Source: Eledone cirrhosa
Lineage: Eukaryota
Assembly (NCBI GenBank): GCA_964016885.1
Contig: OZ024741.1
Coordinates: 262,694,001-262,758,000, forward strand
Length of the DNA stretch: 64,000 nt
Reading direction: 5' to 3'
Position numbers and translations under genes: made by a program. Under the pieces are notes generated by a model. The model saw only the letters and a program-made list of their open reading frames with translations. It made no database searches and was not told the origin of the DNA. This document shows, one piece after another, positions 12,488 to 26,141 of this stretch (its first letter is position 1; each line of letters starts with the position of its first letter).

Positions 12488-15400
12488 GTTTCGCTTTACG
12501 AGTGTTTCGACATACGAGTGTTTCGATTTACGAGTGTTTTGACTTACGGGTGTTTCGACTTACGAGTGTTTTGGTTTACGTGTGTTTCGACTTACGAGTG
12601 TTTTGACTTACGATTGTTTCGGCTTACGAGTGTTTCTACTTACGAGTGTTTCGGCTTACGAGTGTTTCGGCTTATGAGTGTTTTGACTTAAGGGTGTTTC
12701 GACGAGTGTTTCGATACGAGTGTTACGAGTGTTCTGACTTACGGGTGTTCTGACTTACGAGTGTTCCGACTTACGAGTGTTTCGGCTTATGAGTGTTTCG
12801 GCTTACGAGCGTTTCGACTACGAGTGTTTCGACTTACGAATGTTTTTGCTTACGAGTGTTTCGACTTACGAATGTTTTTGCTTAAGAATGTTTTTGCTTA
12901 CGAGTGTTCTGACTTACGAGTGTTTTGACTTACGAGTGTTCCGACTTACGAGTGTTTCGGCTTACGAGTGTTTCGACTTACGAGTGTTCTGACTTACGAG
13001 TGTTGCGGCTTACGAGTGTTTCGGCTTACGAGTGTTTCGACTTACGAGTGTTCCGACCTACGAGTGTTTCGGCTACGGATGTTCCGACTTACGAGTATTT
13101 TCGGCTTACGAGTGTTTTGACTTACGATTGTTTTGACTTACGATTGTTTCGGCTTACGAGTGTTTCGACTTACGAGTGTTTTCGACTTACGAGTGTTTTG
13201 ACTTACGGGTGTTTCGACTTACGAGTGTTTTGGTTTACGTGTGTTACGACTTACGAATGTTTCGGCTTACGAGTGTTTCGACTTTATGAGTGTTTTGACT
13301 ACGAGTGTTTCGACTTACGAGTGTTTCGACTACGAGTGTTTCGACTTACGAGTGTTCTGACTTACGAGTGTTCTGACTTACGAGTGTTCTGACTTACGAG
13401 TGTTCCGACTTACGAGTGTTTCGGCTTACGAGTGTTTCGGCTTACGTGTGTTTCGGCTTACGAGTGTTTCGACTTACGAGTGTTCCGACTTACGAGTGTT
13501 TTGGTTTACGTGTGTTTCGACTTACGAATGTTTCGGCTTACGAGTGTTTCGACTTACGAGTGTTCCGACCTACGAGTGTTTCGGCTACGGATGTTCCGAC
13601 TTACGAGTATTTTCGGCTTACGAGTGTTTTGACTTACGATTGTTTTGACTTACGATTGTTTCGGCTTACGAGTGTTTCGACTTACGAGTGTTTCGATTTA
13701 CGAGTGTTTTGACTTACGGGTGTTTCGACTTACGAGTGTTATGGTTTACGTGTGTTTCGACTTACGAGTGTTTTGACTTACGATTGTTTCGGCTTACGAG
13801 TGTTTCGACTTACGAGTGTTTCGGCTACGAGTGTTTCGGCTTATGAGTGTTTTGACTTTAGGGTGTTTCGACGAGTGTTTCGATACGAGTGTTACGAGTG
13901 TTCTGACTTACGGGTGTTCTGACTTACGAGTGTTCCGACTTACGAGTGTTTCGGCTTATGAGTGTTTCGGCTTACGAGCGTTTCGACTACGAGTGTTTCG
14001 ACTTACGAATGTTTTTGCTTACGAATGTTTTTGCTTACGAGTGTTCTGACTTACGAGTGTTTTGACTTACGAGTGTTCCGACTTACGAGTGTTCCGGCTT
14101 ACGAGTGTTTCGGCTTACGAGTGTTTCGACTTACGAGTGTTCTGACTTACGAGTGTTCCGGCTTACGAGTGTTTCGGCTTACGAGTGTTTCGACTTACGA
14201 GTGTTCCGACCTACGAGTGTTTCGGCTACGGATGTTCCGACTTACGAGTATTTTCGGCTTACGAGTGTTTTGACTTACGATTGTTTTGACTTACGATTGT
14301 TTCGGCTTACGAGTGTTTCGACTTACGAGTGTTTCGATTTACGAGTGTTTTGACTTAAGAATATTTTGACTTACGGGTGTTTCGACTTACGAGTGTTTCG
14401 ACTTACAAGTGTTTCGACTTACGAGTGTTTTGACTTACGGTGTTTCGGCTTACGAGTGTTTCGACATACGAGTGTTTTGACTTACCGGTTTTCGACTTAC
14501 GGGTGTTTCGACTTACGAGAGTTTCGACTTACGAGTGTTCTGACTTACGAGTGTTCTGACTTACGAGTGTTCCGACTTGCGAGTGTTTCGGCCTACGAGT
14601 GTTTCGACATGCGAGTTTTTTGACTTACGGATGTTTCGACTTACGGGTGTTTCGACTCACGAGTGTTTCTACTTACGAGTGTTTTGACTTACGAGTGTTC
14701 CGACTTACGAGTGTTTCGGCTTACGAGTGTTTCGGCTCACGAGTGTTCCGACTTACGAGTGTTCCGACTTACGAGTGTTTCGGCTACGGATGTTCCGACT
14801 TACGAGTATTTTCGGCTTACGAGTGTTTTGACTTACGATTGTTTTGACTTACGGGTATTTCGGCTTACGAGTGTTTCGACTTACGAGTGTTTCGACTTAC
14901 GAGTGTTTTGACTTACGGGTGTTTTGGTTTACGTGTGTTTCGACTTACGAATGTTTCCGCTTACGAGTGTTTCGACTTACGAGTGTTTTGACTTACGGGT
15001 GTTTCGACTTACGAGTGTTTTGGTTTACGTGTATTTCGACTTACGAATGTTTCGGCTTACGAGTGTTTCGACTTACGAGTGTTTAAACTTACGAGTGTTT
15101 TGACTTACGGGTGTTTCGACTTACGAGTGTTTTGGTTTACGTGTGTTTCGACTTACGAATGTTTCGACTTACGAGTGTTTTGACTTACGATTGTTTCGGC
15201 TTACGAGTGTTTCTACTTACGAGTGTTTCGGCTTACGAGTGTTTCGGCTTATGAGTGTTTTGACTTAAGGGTGTTTCGACGAGTGTTTCGATACGAGTGT
15301 TACGAGTGTTCTGACTTACGGGTGTTCTGACTTACGAGTGTTCCGACTTACGAGTGTTTCGGCTTATGAGTGTTTCGGCTTACGAGCGTTTCGACTACGA

Positions 15401-18345
15401 GTGTTTCGACTTACGAATGTTTTTGCTTACGAGTGTTTCGACTTACGAATGTTTTTGCTTACGAATGTTTTTGCTTACGAGTGTTCTGACTTACGAGTGT
15501 TTTGACTTACGAGTGTTCCGACTTACGAGTGTTTCGGCTTACGAGTGTTTCGACTTACGAGTGTTCTGACCTACGAGTGTTTCGGCTACGGATGTTCCGA
15601 CTTACGAGTATTTTCGGCTTACGAGTGTTTTGACTTACGATTGTTTTGACTTACGAGTGTTTCGGCTTACGAGTGTTTCGACTTACGAGTGTTTCGATTT
15701 ACGAGTGTTTTGACTTAAGAATATTTTGACTTACGGGTGTTTCGGCTTACGAGTGTTTCGACTTACGAGTGTTTTCGACTTACGAGTGTTTTGACTTACG
15801 GGTGTTTCGACTTACGAGTGTTTTGGTTTACGTGTGTTACGACTTACGAATGTTTCGGCTTACGAGTGTTTCGACTTTATGAGTGTTTTGACTACGAGTG
15901 TTTCGACTTACGAGTGTTTCGACTACGAGTGTTTCGACTTACGAGTGTTCTGACTTACGAGTGTTCTGACTTACGAGTGTTCTGACTTACGAGTGTTCCG
16001 ACTTACGAGTGTTTCGGCTTACGAGTGTTTCGGCTTACGTATGTTTCGGCTTACGAGTGTTTCGACTTACGAGTGTTCCGACTTACGAGTGTTTTGGTTT
16101 ACGTGTGTTTCGACTTACGAATGTTTCGGCTTACGAGTGTTTCGACTTACGAGTGTTCCGACCTACGAGTGTTTCGGCTACGGATGTTCCGACTTACGAG
16201 TATTTTCGGCTTACGAGTGTTTTGACTTACGATTGTTTTGACTTACGATTGTTTCGGCTTACGAGTGTTTCGACTTACGAGTGTTTCGATTTACGAGTGT
16301 TTTGACTTACGGGTGTTTCGACTTACGAGTGTTATGGTTTACGTGTGTTTCGACTTACGAGTGTTTTGACTTACGATTGTTTCGGCTTACGAGTGTTTCG
16401 ACTTACGAGTGTTTCGGCTACGAGTGTTTCGGCTTATGAGTGTTTTGACTTTAGGGTGTTTCGACGAGTGTTTCGATACGAGTGTTACGAGTGTTCTGAC
16501 TTACGGGTGTTCTGACTTACGAGTGTTCCGACTTACGAGTGTTTCGGCTTATGAGTGTTTCGGCTTACGAGCGTTTCGACTACGAGTGTTTCGACTTACG
16601 AATGTTTTTGCTTACGAGTGTTTCGACTTACGAATGTTTTTGCTTACGAATGTTTTTGCTTACGAGTGTTCTGACTTACGAGTGTTTTGACTTACGAGTG
16701 TTCCGACTTACGAGTGTTCCGGCTTACGAGTGTTTCGGCTTACGAGTGTTTCGACTTACGAGTGTTCGGACCTACGAGTGTTTCGGCTACGGATGTTCCG
16801 ACTTACGAGTATTTTCGGCTTACGAGTGTTTTGACTTACGATTGTTTTGACTTACGATTGTTTCGGCTTACGAGTGTTTCGACTTACGAGTGTTTCGATT
16901 TACGAGTGTTTTGACTTAAGAATATTTTGACTTACGGGTGTTTCGACTTACGAGTGTTTCGACTTACAAGTGTTTCGACTTACGAGTGTTTTGACTTACG
17001 GTGTTTCGGCTTACGAGTGTTTCGACATACGAGTGTTTTGACTTACCGGTGTTTCGACTTACGGGTGTTTCGACTTACGAGAGTTTCGACTTACGAGTGT
17101 TCTGACTTACGAGTGTTCTGACTTACGAGTGTTCCGACTTGCGAGTGTTTCGGCCTACGAGTGTTTCGACATGCGAGTTTTTTGACTTACGGATGTTTCG
17201 ACTTACGGGTGTTTCGACTCACGAGTGTTTCTACTTACGAGTGTTTCGACTTACGAGTGTTCCGACTTACGAGTGTTTTGACTTACGAGTGTTCCGACTT
17301 ACGAGTGTTTCGGCTTACGAGTGTTTCGGCTCACGAGTGTTCCGACTTACGAGTGTTCCGACTTACGAGTGTTTCGGCTACGGATGTTCCGACTTACGAG
17401 TATTTTCGGCTTACGAGTGTTTTGACTTACGATTGTTTTGACTTACGGGTATTTCGGCTTACGAGTGTTTCGACTTACGAGTGTTTCGACTTACGAGTGT
17501 TTTGACTTACGGGTGTTTTGGTTTACGTGTGTTTCGACTTACGAATGTTTCCGCTTACGAGTGTTTCGACTTACGAGTGTTTTGACTTACGGGTGTTTCG
17601 ACTTACGAGTGTTTTGGTTTACGTGTATTTCGACTTACGAATGTTTCGGCTTACGAGTGTTTCGACTTACGAGTGTTTAAACTTACGAGTGTTTTGACTT
17701 ACGGGTGTTTCGACTTACGAGTGTTTTGGTTTACGTGTGTTTCGACTTACGAATGTTTCGACTTACGAGTGTTTTGACTTACGATTGTTTCGGCTTACGA
17801 GTGTTTCGGCTTACGAGTGTTTCGGCTTACGAGTGTTTTGACTTAAGGGTGTTTCGACGAGTGTTTCGATACGAGTGTTTCGACTTACGGGTGTTCTGAC
17901 TTACGAGTGTTCTGATTTACGGATGTTTCGACTTATGAGTGTTTCGACTACGAGTGTTTCGACTTACGAGTGTTTCGACTACGAGTGTTTCGACTTACGA
18001 GTGTTCTGACTTACGAGTGTTCTGACTTACGAGTGTTCCGACTTACGAGTGTTTCGGCTTACGAGTGTTTCGGCTTACGTGTTTCGGCTTACGAGTGTTT
18101 CGACTTACGAGTGTTCCGACTTACGAGTGTTTCGACTTACGAGTGTTTTGGCTTACGGTGTTTCGGCTTACGAATGTTTTGACTTACGAGTGTTTTGACT
18201 TACGGGTGTTTTGACATACGAGTGTTTCGATACGAGTGTTCTGACTTACGAGTGTTCTGACTTACGAGTGTTCTGACTTACGAGTGTTCCGACTTACGAG
18301 TGTTTCGGCTCAAGAGTGTTTCGGCTTACGAGTGTTTTGACTACG

Positions 18346-18415
18346 AAAATAACAAATAGACGCGGTTTCAAATCTCTATGCTTTTCAAGTTCATTACATT
18401 AATCTTTATTTATAC
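18346..18415 (+). repeat. AT-rich element copy 10 (TTCAAGTTC variant)
   Basis: Direct match; HOR partner of the copy at 26072. Confidence 0.96.
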
Positions 18416-19999
18416 GTTTCGCTTTACGAATGTTTCGACTTACGAATGTTTCGGCTTACGAGTGTTTTGACTTACGAGATTTTTTACTTACGGGTGTTTC
18501 GACTTACGCGTGTTTCGGCTTACGAATGTTTTGACTTACGAGTGTTTTGACTTACAGGTGTTTTGACATACGAGTGTTTCGATACGAGTGTTTCGACTTA
18601 CGAGTGTTCTGACTTACGAGTGTTTCGACTTACGAGTGTTCTGACTTAAGAGTGTTTCGACTTACGAGTGTTTCGACTTACGAGTGTTTCGGCTTACGAG
18701 TGTTTCGGCTCACGAGTGTTTCGACTTAAGAGTGTTTCGACTTACGAGTGTTTCGACTTACGAGTGTTTTGACTTACGGGTGTTTCGACTTACGAGTGTT
18801 TTGGTTTACGTGTGTTTCGACTTACGAATGTTTCGGCTTACGAGTGTTTCGACTTACGAGTGTTTTGACTTACGGGTGTTTCGACTTACGAGTGTTTTGG
18901 TTTACGTGTGTTTCGACTTACGAATGTTTCGGCTTACGAGCGTTTCGACTTACGAGTGTATAGACTTACGGTTGTTCTGACTTACGGGTATTCCGACTTA
19001 CGAGTGATTTGGCATACGAGTGTTTCGACTTACGAGTGTTTCGGCTTACGAGTGTTTCGGCTTATGAGTGTTTTGACTTAAGGGTGTTTCGACGAGTGTT
19101 TCGATACGAGTGTTTCGACATGCGAGTTTTTTGACTTACGGATGTTTCGACTTACGGGTGTTTCGACTCACGAGTGTTTCTACTTACGAGTGTTTCGACT
19201 TACGAGTGTTCCGACTTACGAGTGTTTCGACTTACGAGTTTTTTGACTTACGAATGTTTTGACTTACGGGTGTTTCGGCTTACGAGTGTTTCGACTTACG
19301 AGTGTTTCGGCTTGCGAGTGTTTCGACTTACTAATGTTTTTACTTACGAGTGTTTCGGCGTACGAGTGTTTCGACTTACGAGTGTTTCGACTTACGGGTG
19401 TTTTGACTTACGGGTGTTTCGGCTTACGAGTGTTTCGACTTACGAGTGTTTTGACTTAAGGGTGTTTCGACTTACGAGTGTTTCGACTTACGAGTGTTTC
19501 GAATTACGAGTGTTTCGGATTACGAGTGTTTTGACTTGAGGGTTTTCGACTTACGAGTGTTTCGATACGAGTGTTTCGACTTACGAGTGTTCTGACTTAC
19601 GAGTGTTCTGACTTACGAGTGTTCTGACTTACAAGTGTTCTTACTTACGAGTGTTCCGACTTACGAGTGTTCCGACTTACGAGTGTTCCGACTTACGAGT
19701 GTTTCGGCTTACGAGTGTTTCGGCTTACGAGTGTTTCGACTTACGAGTGTTTCGACTTACGAGTGTTCCGACTTACGGGTGTTTCGACTTACGAGTGTTT
19801 TGGTTTACGGTGTTTCGGCTTACGAGTGTTTCGAGTTACGAGTGTTTTGACTTACGTGCGTTTTGACATACGAGTGTTTCGATGCGAGTGTTCTGACTTA
19901 CGAGTGTTCTGACTTACGAGTGTTGTGACTTACGAGTGTTCCGACTTTACGAGTGTTTCGGCTCACGAGTGTTTCGGCTTACGAGTGTTTCGACTCACG

Positions 20000-20069
20000 A
20001 AAATAACAAATAGACGCGGTTTCAAATCTCTATGCTTTTCAAATTCATTACATTAATCTTTATTTAAAC
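20000..20069 (+). repeat. AT-rich element copy 11 (TTTAAAC end)
   Basis: Direct match, 7582 bp after copy 9. Confidence 0.96.
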
Positions 20070-23000
20070 GTTTCGCTTTACGAGTGTTTCGACATACGAG
20101 TGTTTCGATTTACGAGTGTTTTGACTTACGGGTGTTTCGACTTACGAGTGTTTTGGTTTACGTGTGTTTCGACTTACGAGTGTTTTGACTTACGATTGTT
20201 TCGGCTTACGAGTGTTTCTACTTACGAGTGTTTCGGCTTACGAGTGTTTCGGCTTATGAGTGTTTTGACTTAAGGGTGTTTCGACGAGTGTTTCGATACG
20301 AGTGTTACGAGTGTTCTGACTTACGGGTGTTCTGACTTACGAGTGTTCCGACTTACGAGTGTTTCGGCTTATGAGTGTTTCGGCTTACGAGCGTTTCGAC
20401 TACGAGTGTTTCGACTTACGAATGTTTTTGCTTACGAGTGTTTCGACTTACGAATGTTTTTGCTTAAGAATGTTTTTGCTTACGAGTGTTCTGACTTACG
20501 AGTGTTTTGACTTACGAGTGTTCCGACTTACGAGTGTTTCGGCTTACGAGTGTTTCGACTTACGAGTGTTCTGACTTACGAGTGTTCCGGCTTACGAGTG
20601 TTTCGGCTTACGAGTGTTTCGACTTACGAGTGTTCCGACCTACGAGTGTTTCGGCTACGGATGTTCCGACTTACGAGTATTTTCGGCTTACGAGTGTTTT
20701 GACTTACGATTGTTTTGACTTACGATTGTTTCGGCTTACGAGTGTTTCGACTTACGAGTGTTTCGATTTACGAGTGTTTTGACTTAAGAATATTTTGACT
20801 TACGGGTGTTTCGGCTTACGAGTGTTTCGACTTACGAGTGTTTTCGACTTACGAGTGTTTTGACTTACGGGTGTTTCGACTTACGAGTGTTTTGGTTTAC
20901 GTGTGTTACGACTTACGAATGTTTCGGCTTACGAGTGTTTCGACTTTATGAGTGTTTTGACTACGAGTGTTTCGACTTACGAGTGTTTCGACTACGAGTG
21001 TTTCGACTTACGAGTGTTCTGACTTACGAGTGTTCTGACTTACGAGTGTTCTGACTTACGAGTGTTCCGACTTACGAGTGTTTCGGCTTACGAGTGTTTC
21101 GGCTTACGTGTGTTTCGGCTTACGAGTGTTTCGACTTACGAGTGTTCCGACTTACGAGTGTTTTGGTTTACGTGTGTTTCGACTTACGAATGTTTCGGCT
21201 TACGAGTGTTTCGACTTACGAGTGTTCCGACCTACGAGTGTTTCGGCTACGGATGTTCCGACTTACGAGTATTTTCGGCTTACGAGTGTTTTGACTTACG
21301 ATTGTTTTGACTTACGATTGTTTCGGCTTACGAGTGTTTCGACTTACGAGTGTTTCGATTTACGAGTGTTTTGACTTACGGGTGTTTCGACTTACGAGTG
21401 TTATGGTTTACGTGTGTTTCGACTTACGAGTGTTTTGACTTACGATTGTTTCGGCTTACGAGTGTTTCGACTTACGAGTGTTTCGGCTACGAGCGTTTCG
21501 GCTTATGAGTGTTTTGACTTTAGGGTGTTTCGACGAGTGTTTCGATACGAGTGTTACGAGTGTTCTGACTTACGGGTGTTCTGACTTACGAGTGTTCCGA
21601 CTTACGAGTGTTTCGGCTTATGAGTGTTTCGGCTTACGAGCGTTTCGACTACGAGTGTTTCGACTTACGAATGTTTTTGCTTACGAATGTTTTTGCTTAC
21701 GAGTGTTCTGACTTACGAGTGTTTTGACTTACGAGTGTTCCGACTTACGAGTGTTCCGGCTTACGAGTGTTTCGGCTTACGAGTGTTTCGACTTACGAGT
21801 GTTCTGACTTACGAGTGTTCCGGCTTACGAGTGTTTCGGCTTACGAGTGTTTCGACTTACGAGTGTTCCGACCTACGAGTGTTTCGGCTACGGATGTTCC
21901 GACTTACGAGTATTTTCGGCTTACGAGTGTTTTGACTTACGATTGTTTTGACTTACGATTGTTTCGGCTTACGAGTGTTTCGACTTACGAGTGTTTCGAT
22001 TTACGAGTGTTTTGACTTAAGAATATTTTGACTTACGGGTGTTTCGACTTACGAGTGTTTCGACTTACAAGTGTTTCGACTTACGAGTGTTTTGACTTAC
22101 GGTGTTTCGGCTTACGAGTGTTTCGACATACGAGTGTTTTGACTTACCGGTTTTCGACTTACGGGTGTTTCGACTTACGAGAGTTTCGACTTACGAGTGT
22201 TCTGACTTACGAGTGTTCTGACTTACGAGTGTTCCGACTTGCGAGTGTTTCGGCCTACGAGTGTTTCGACATGCGAGTTTTTTGACTTACGGATGTTTCG
22301 ACTTACGGGTGTTTCGACTCACGAGTGTTTCTACTTACGAGTGTTTTGACTTACGAGTGTTCCGACTTACGAGTGTTTCGGCTTACGAGTGTTTCGGCTC
22401 ACGAGTGTTCCGACTTACGAGTGTTCCGACTTACGAGTGTTTCGGCTACGGATGTTCCGACTTACGAGTATTTTCGGCTTACGAGTGTTTTGACTTACGA
22501 TTGTTTTGACTTACGGGTATTTCGGCTTACGAGTGTTTCGACTTACGAGTGTTTCGACTTACGAGTGTTTTGACTTACGGGTGTTTTGGTTTACGTGTGT
22601 TTCGACTTACGAATGTTTCCGCTTACGAGTGTTTCGACTTACGAGTGTTTTGACTTACGGGTGTTTCGACTTACGAGTGTTTTGGTTTACGTGTATTTCG
22701 ACTTACGAATGTTTCGGCTTACGAGTGTTTCGACTTACGAGTGTTTAAACTTACGAGTGTTTTGACTTACGGGTGTTTCGACTTACGAGTGTTTTGGTTT
22801 ACGTGTGTTTCGACTTACGAATGTTTCGACTTACGAGTGTTTTGACTTACGATTGTTTCGGCTTACGAGTGTTTCTACTTACGAGTGTTTCGGCTTACGA
22901 GTGTTTCGGCTTATGAGTGTTTTGACTTAAGGGTGTTTCGACGAGTGTTTCGATACGAGTGTTACGAGTGTTCTGACTTACGGGTGTTCTGACTTACGAG

Positions 23001-26000
23001 TGTTCCGACTTACGAGTGTTTCGGCTTATGAGTGTTTCGGCTTACGAGCGTTTCGACTACGAGTGTTTCGACTTACGAATGTTTTTGCTTACGAGTGTTT
23101 CGACTTACGAATGTTTTTGCTTACGAATGTTTTTGCTTACGAGTGTTCTGACTTACGAGTGTTTTGACTTACGAGTGTTCCGACTTACGAGTGTTTCGGC
23201 TTACGAGTGTTTCGACTTACGAGTGTTCTGACCTACGAGTGTTTCGGCTACGGATGTTCCGACTTACGAGTATTTTCGGCTTACGAGTGTTTTGACTTAC
23301 GATTGTTTTGACTTACGATTGTTTCGGCTTACGAGTGTTTCGACTTACGAGTGTTTCGATTTACGAGTGTTTTGACTTAAGAATATTTTGACTTACGGGT
23401 GTTTCGGCTTACGAGTGTTTCGACTTACGAGTGTTTTCGACTTACGAGTGTTTTGACTTACGGGTGTTTCGACTTACGAGTGTTTTGGTTTACGTGTGTT
23501 ACGACTTACGAATGTTTCGGCTTACGAGTGTTTCGACTTTATGAGTGTTTTGACTACGAGTGTTTCGACTTACGAGTGTTTCGACTACGAGTGTTTCGAC
23601 TTACGAGTGTTCTGACTTACGAGTGTTCTGACTTACGAGTGTTCTGACTTACGAGTGTTCCGACTTACGAGTGTTTCGGCTTACGAGTGTTTCGGCTTAC
23701 GTATGTTTCGGCTTACGAGTGTTTCGACTTACGAGTGTTCCGACTTACGAGTGTTTTGGTTTACGTGTGTTTCGACTTACGAATGTTTCGGCTTACGAGT
23801 GTTTCGACTTACGAGTGTTCCGACCTACGAGTGTTTCGGCTACGGATGTTCCGACTTACGAGTATTTTCGGCTTACGAGTGTTTTGACTTACGATTGTTT
23901 TGACTTACGATTGTTTCGGCTTACGAGTGTTTCGACTTACGAGTGTTTCGATTTACGAGTGTTTTGACTTACGGGTGTTTCGACTTACGAGTGTTATGGT
24001 TTACGTGTGTTTCGACTTACGAGTGTTTTGACTTACGATTGTTTCGGCTTACGAGTGTTTCGACTTACGAGTGTTTCGGCTACGAGTGTTTCGGCTTATG
24101 AGTGTTTTGACTTTAGGGTGTTTCGACGAGTGTTTCGATACGAGTGTTACGAGTGTTCTGACTTACGGGTGTTCTGACTTACGAGTGTTCCGACTTACGA
24201 GTGTTTCGGCTTATGAGTGTTTCGGCTTACGAGCGTTTCGACTACGAGTGTTTCGACTTACGAATGTTTTTGCTTACGAGTGTTTCGACTTACGAATGTT
24301 TTTGCTTACGAATGTTTTTGCTTACGAGTGTTCTGACTTACGAGTGTTTTGACTTACGAGTGTTCCGACTTACGAGTGTTCCGGCTTACGAGTGTTTCGG
24401 CTTACGAGTGTTTCGACTTACGAGTGTTCTGACTTACGAGTGTTCCGGCTTACGAGTGTTTCGGCTTACGAGTGTTTCGACTTACGAGTGTTCCGACCTA
24501 CGAGTGTTTCGGCTACGGATGTTCCGACTTACGAGTATTTTCGGCTTACGAGTGTTTTGACTTACGATTGTTTTGACTTACGATTGTTTCGGCTTACGAG
24601 TGTTTCGACTTACGAGTGTTTCGATTTACGAGTGTTTTGACTTAAGAATATTTTGACTTACGGGTGTTTCGACTTACGAGTGTTTCGACTTACAAGTGTT
24701 TCGACTTACGAGTGTTTTGACTTACGGTGTTTCGGCTTACGAGTGTTTCGACATACGAGTGTTTTGACTTACCGGTGTTTCGACTTACGGGTGTTTCGAC
24801 TTACGAGAGTTTCGACTTACGAGTGTTCTGACTTACGAGTGTTCTGACTTACGAGTGTTCCGACTTGCGAGTGTTTCGGCCTACGAGTGTTTCGACATGC
24901 GAGTTTTTTGACTTACGGATGTTTCGACTTACGGGTATTTCGACTCACGAGTGTTTCTACTTACGAGTGTTTCGACTTACGAGTGTTCCGACTTACGAGT
25001 GTTTTGACTTACGAGTGTTCCGACTTACGAGTGTTTCGGCTTACGAGTGTTTCGGCTCACGAGTGTTCCGACTTACGAGTGTTCCGACTTACGAGTGTTT
25101 CGGCTACGGATGTTCCGACTTACGAGTATTTTCGGCTTACGAGTGTTTTGACTTACGATTGTTTTGACTTACGGGTATTTCGGCTTACGAGTGTTTCGAC
25201 TTACGAGTGTTTCGACTTACGAGTGTTTTGACTTACGGGTGTTTTGGTTTACGTGTGTTTCGACTTACGAATGTTTCCGCTTACGAGTGTTTCGACTTAC
25301 GAGTGTTTTGACTTACGGGTGTTTCGACTTACGAGTGTTTTGGTTTACGTGTATTTCGACTTACGAATGTTTCGGCTTACGAGTGTTTCGACTTACGAGT
25401 GTTTAAACTTACGAGTGTTTTGACTTACGGGTGTTTCGACTTACGAGTGTTTTGGTTTACGTGTGTTTCGACTTACGAATGTTTCGACTTACGAGTGTTT
25501 TGACTTACGATTGTTTCGGCTTACGAGTGTTTCGGCTTACGAGTGTTTCGGCTTACGAGTGTTTTGACTTAAGGGTGTTTCGACGAGTGTTTCGATACGA
25601 GTGTTTCGACTTACGGGTGTTCTGACTTACGAGTGTTCTGATTTACGGATGTTTCGACTTATGAGTGTTTCGACTACGAGTGTTTCGACTTACGAGTGTT
25701 TCGACTACGAGTGTTTCGACTTACGAGTGTTCTGACTTACGAGTGTTCTGACTTACGAGTGTTCCGACTTACGAGTGTTTCGGCTTACGAGTGTTTCGGC
25801 TTACGTGTTTCGGCTTACGAGTGTTTCGACTTACGAGTGTTCCGACTTACGAGTGTTTCGACTTACGAGTGTTTTGGCTTACGGTGTTTCGGCTTACGAA
25901 TGTTTTGACTTACGAGTGTTTTGACTTACGGGTGTTTTGACATACGAGTGTTTCGATACGAGTGTTCTGACTTACGAGTGTTCTGACTTACGAGTGTTCT

Positions 26001-26071
26001 GACTTACGAGTGTTCCGACTTACGAGTGTTTCGGCTCAAGAGTGTTTCGGCTTACGAGTGTTTTGACTACG

Positions 26072-26141
26072 AAAATAACAAATAGACGCGGTTTCAAATC
26101 TCTATGCTTTTCAAGTTCATTACATTAATCTTTATTTATAC
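26072..26141 (+). repeat. AT-rich element copy 12 (TTCAAGTTC variant)
   Basis: Direct match, 7726 bp after copy 10. Confidence 0.96.
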
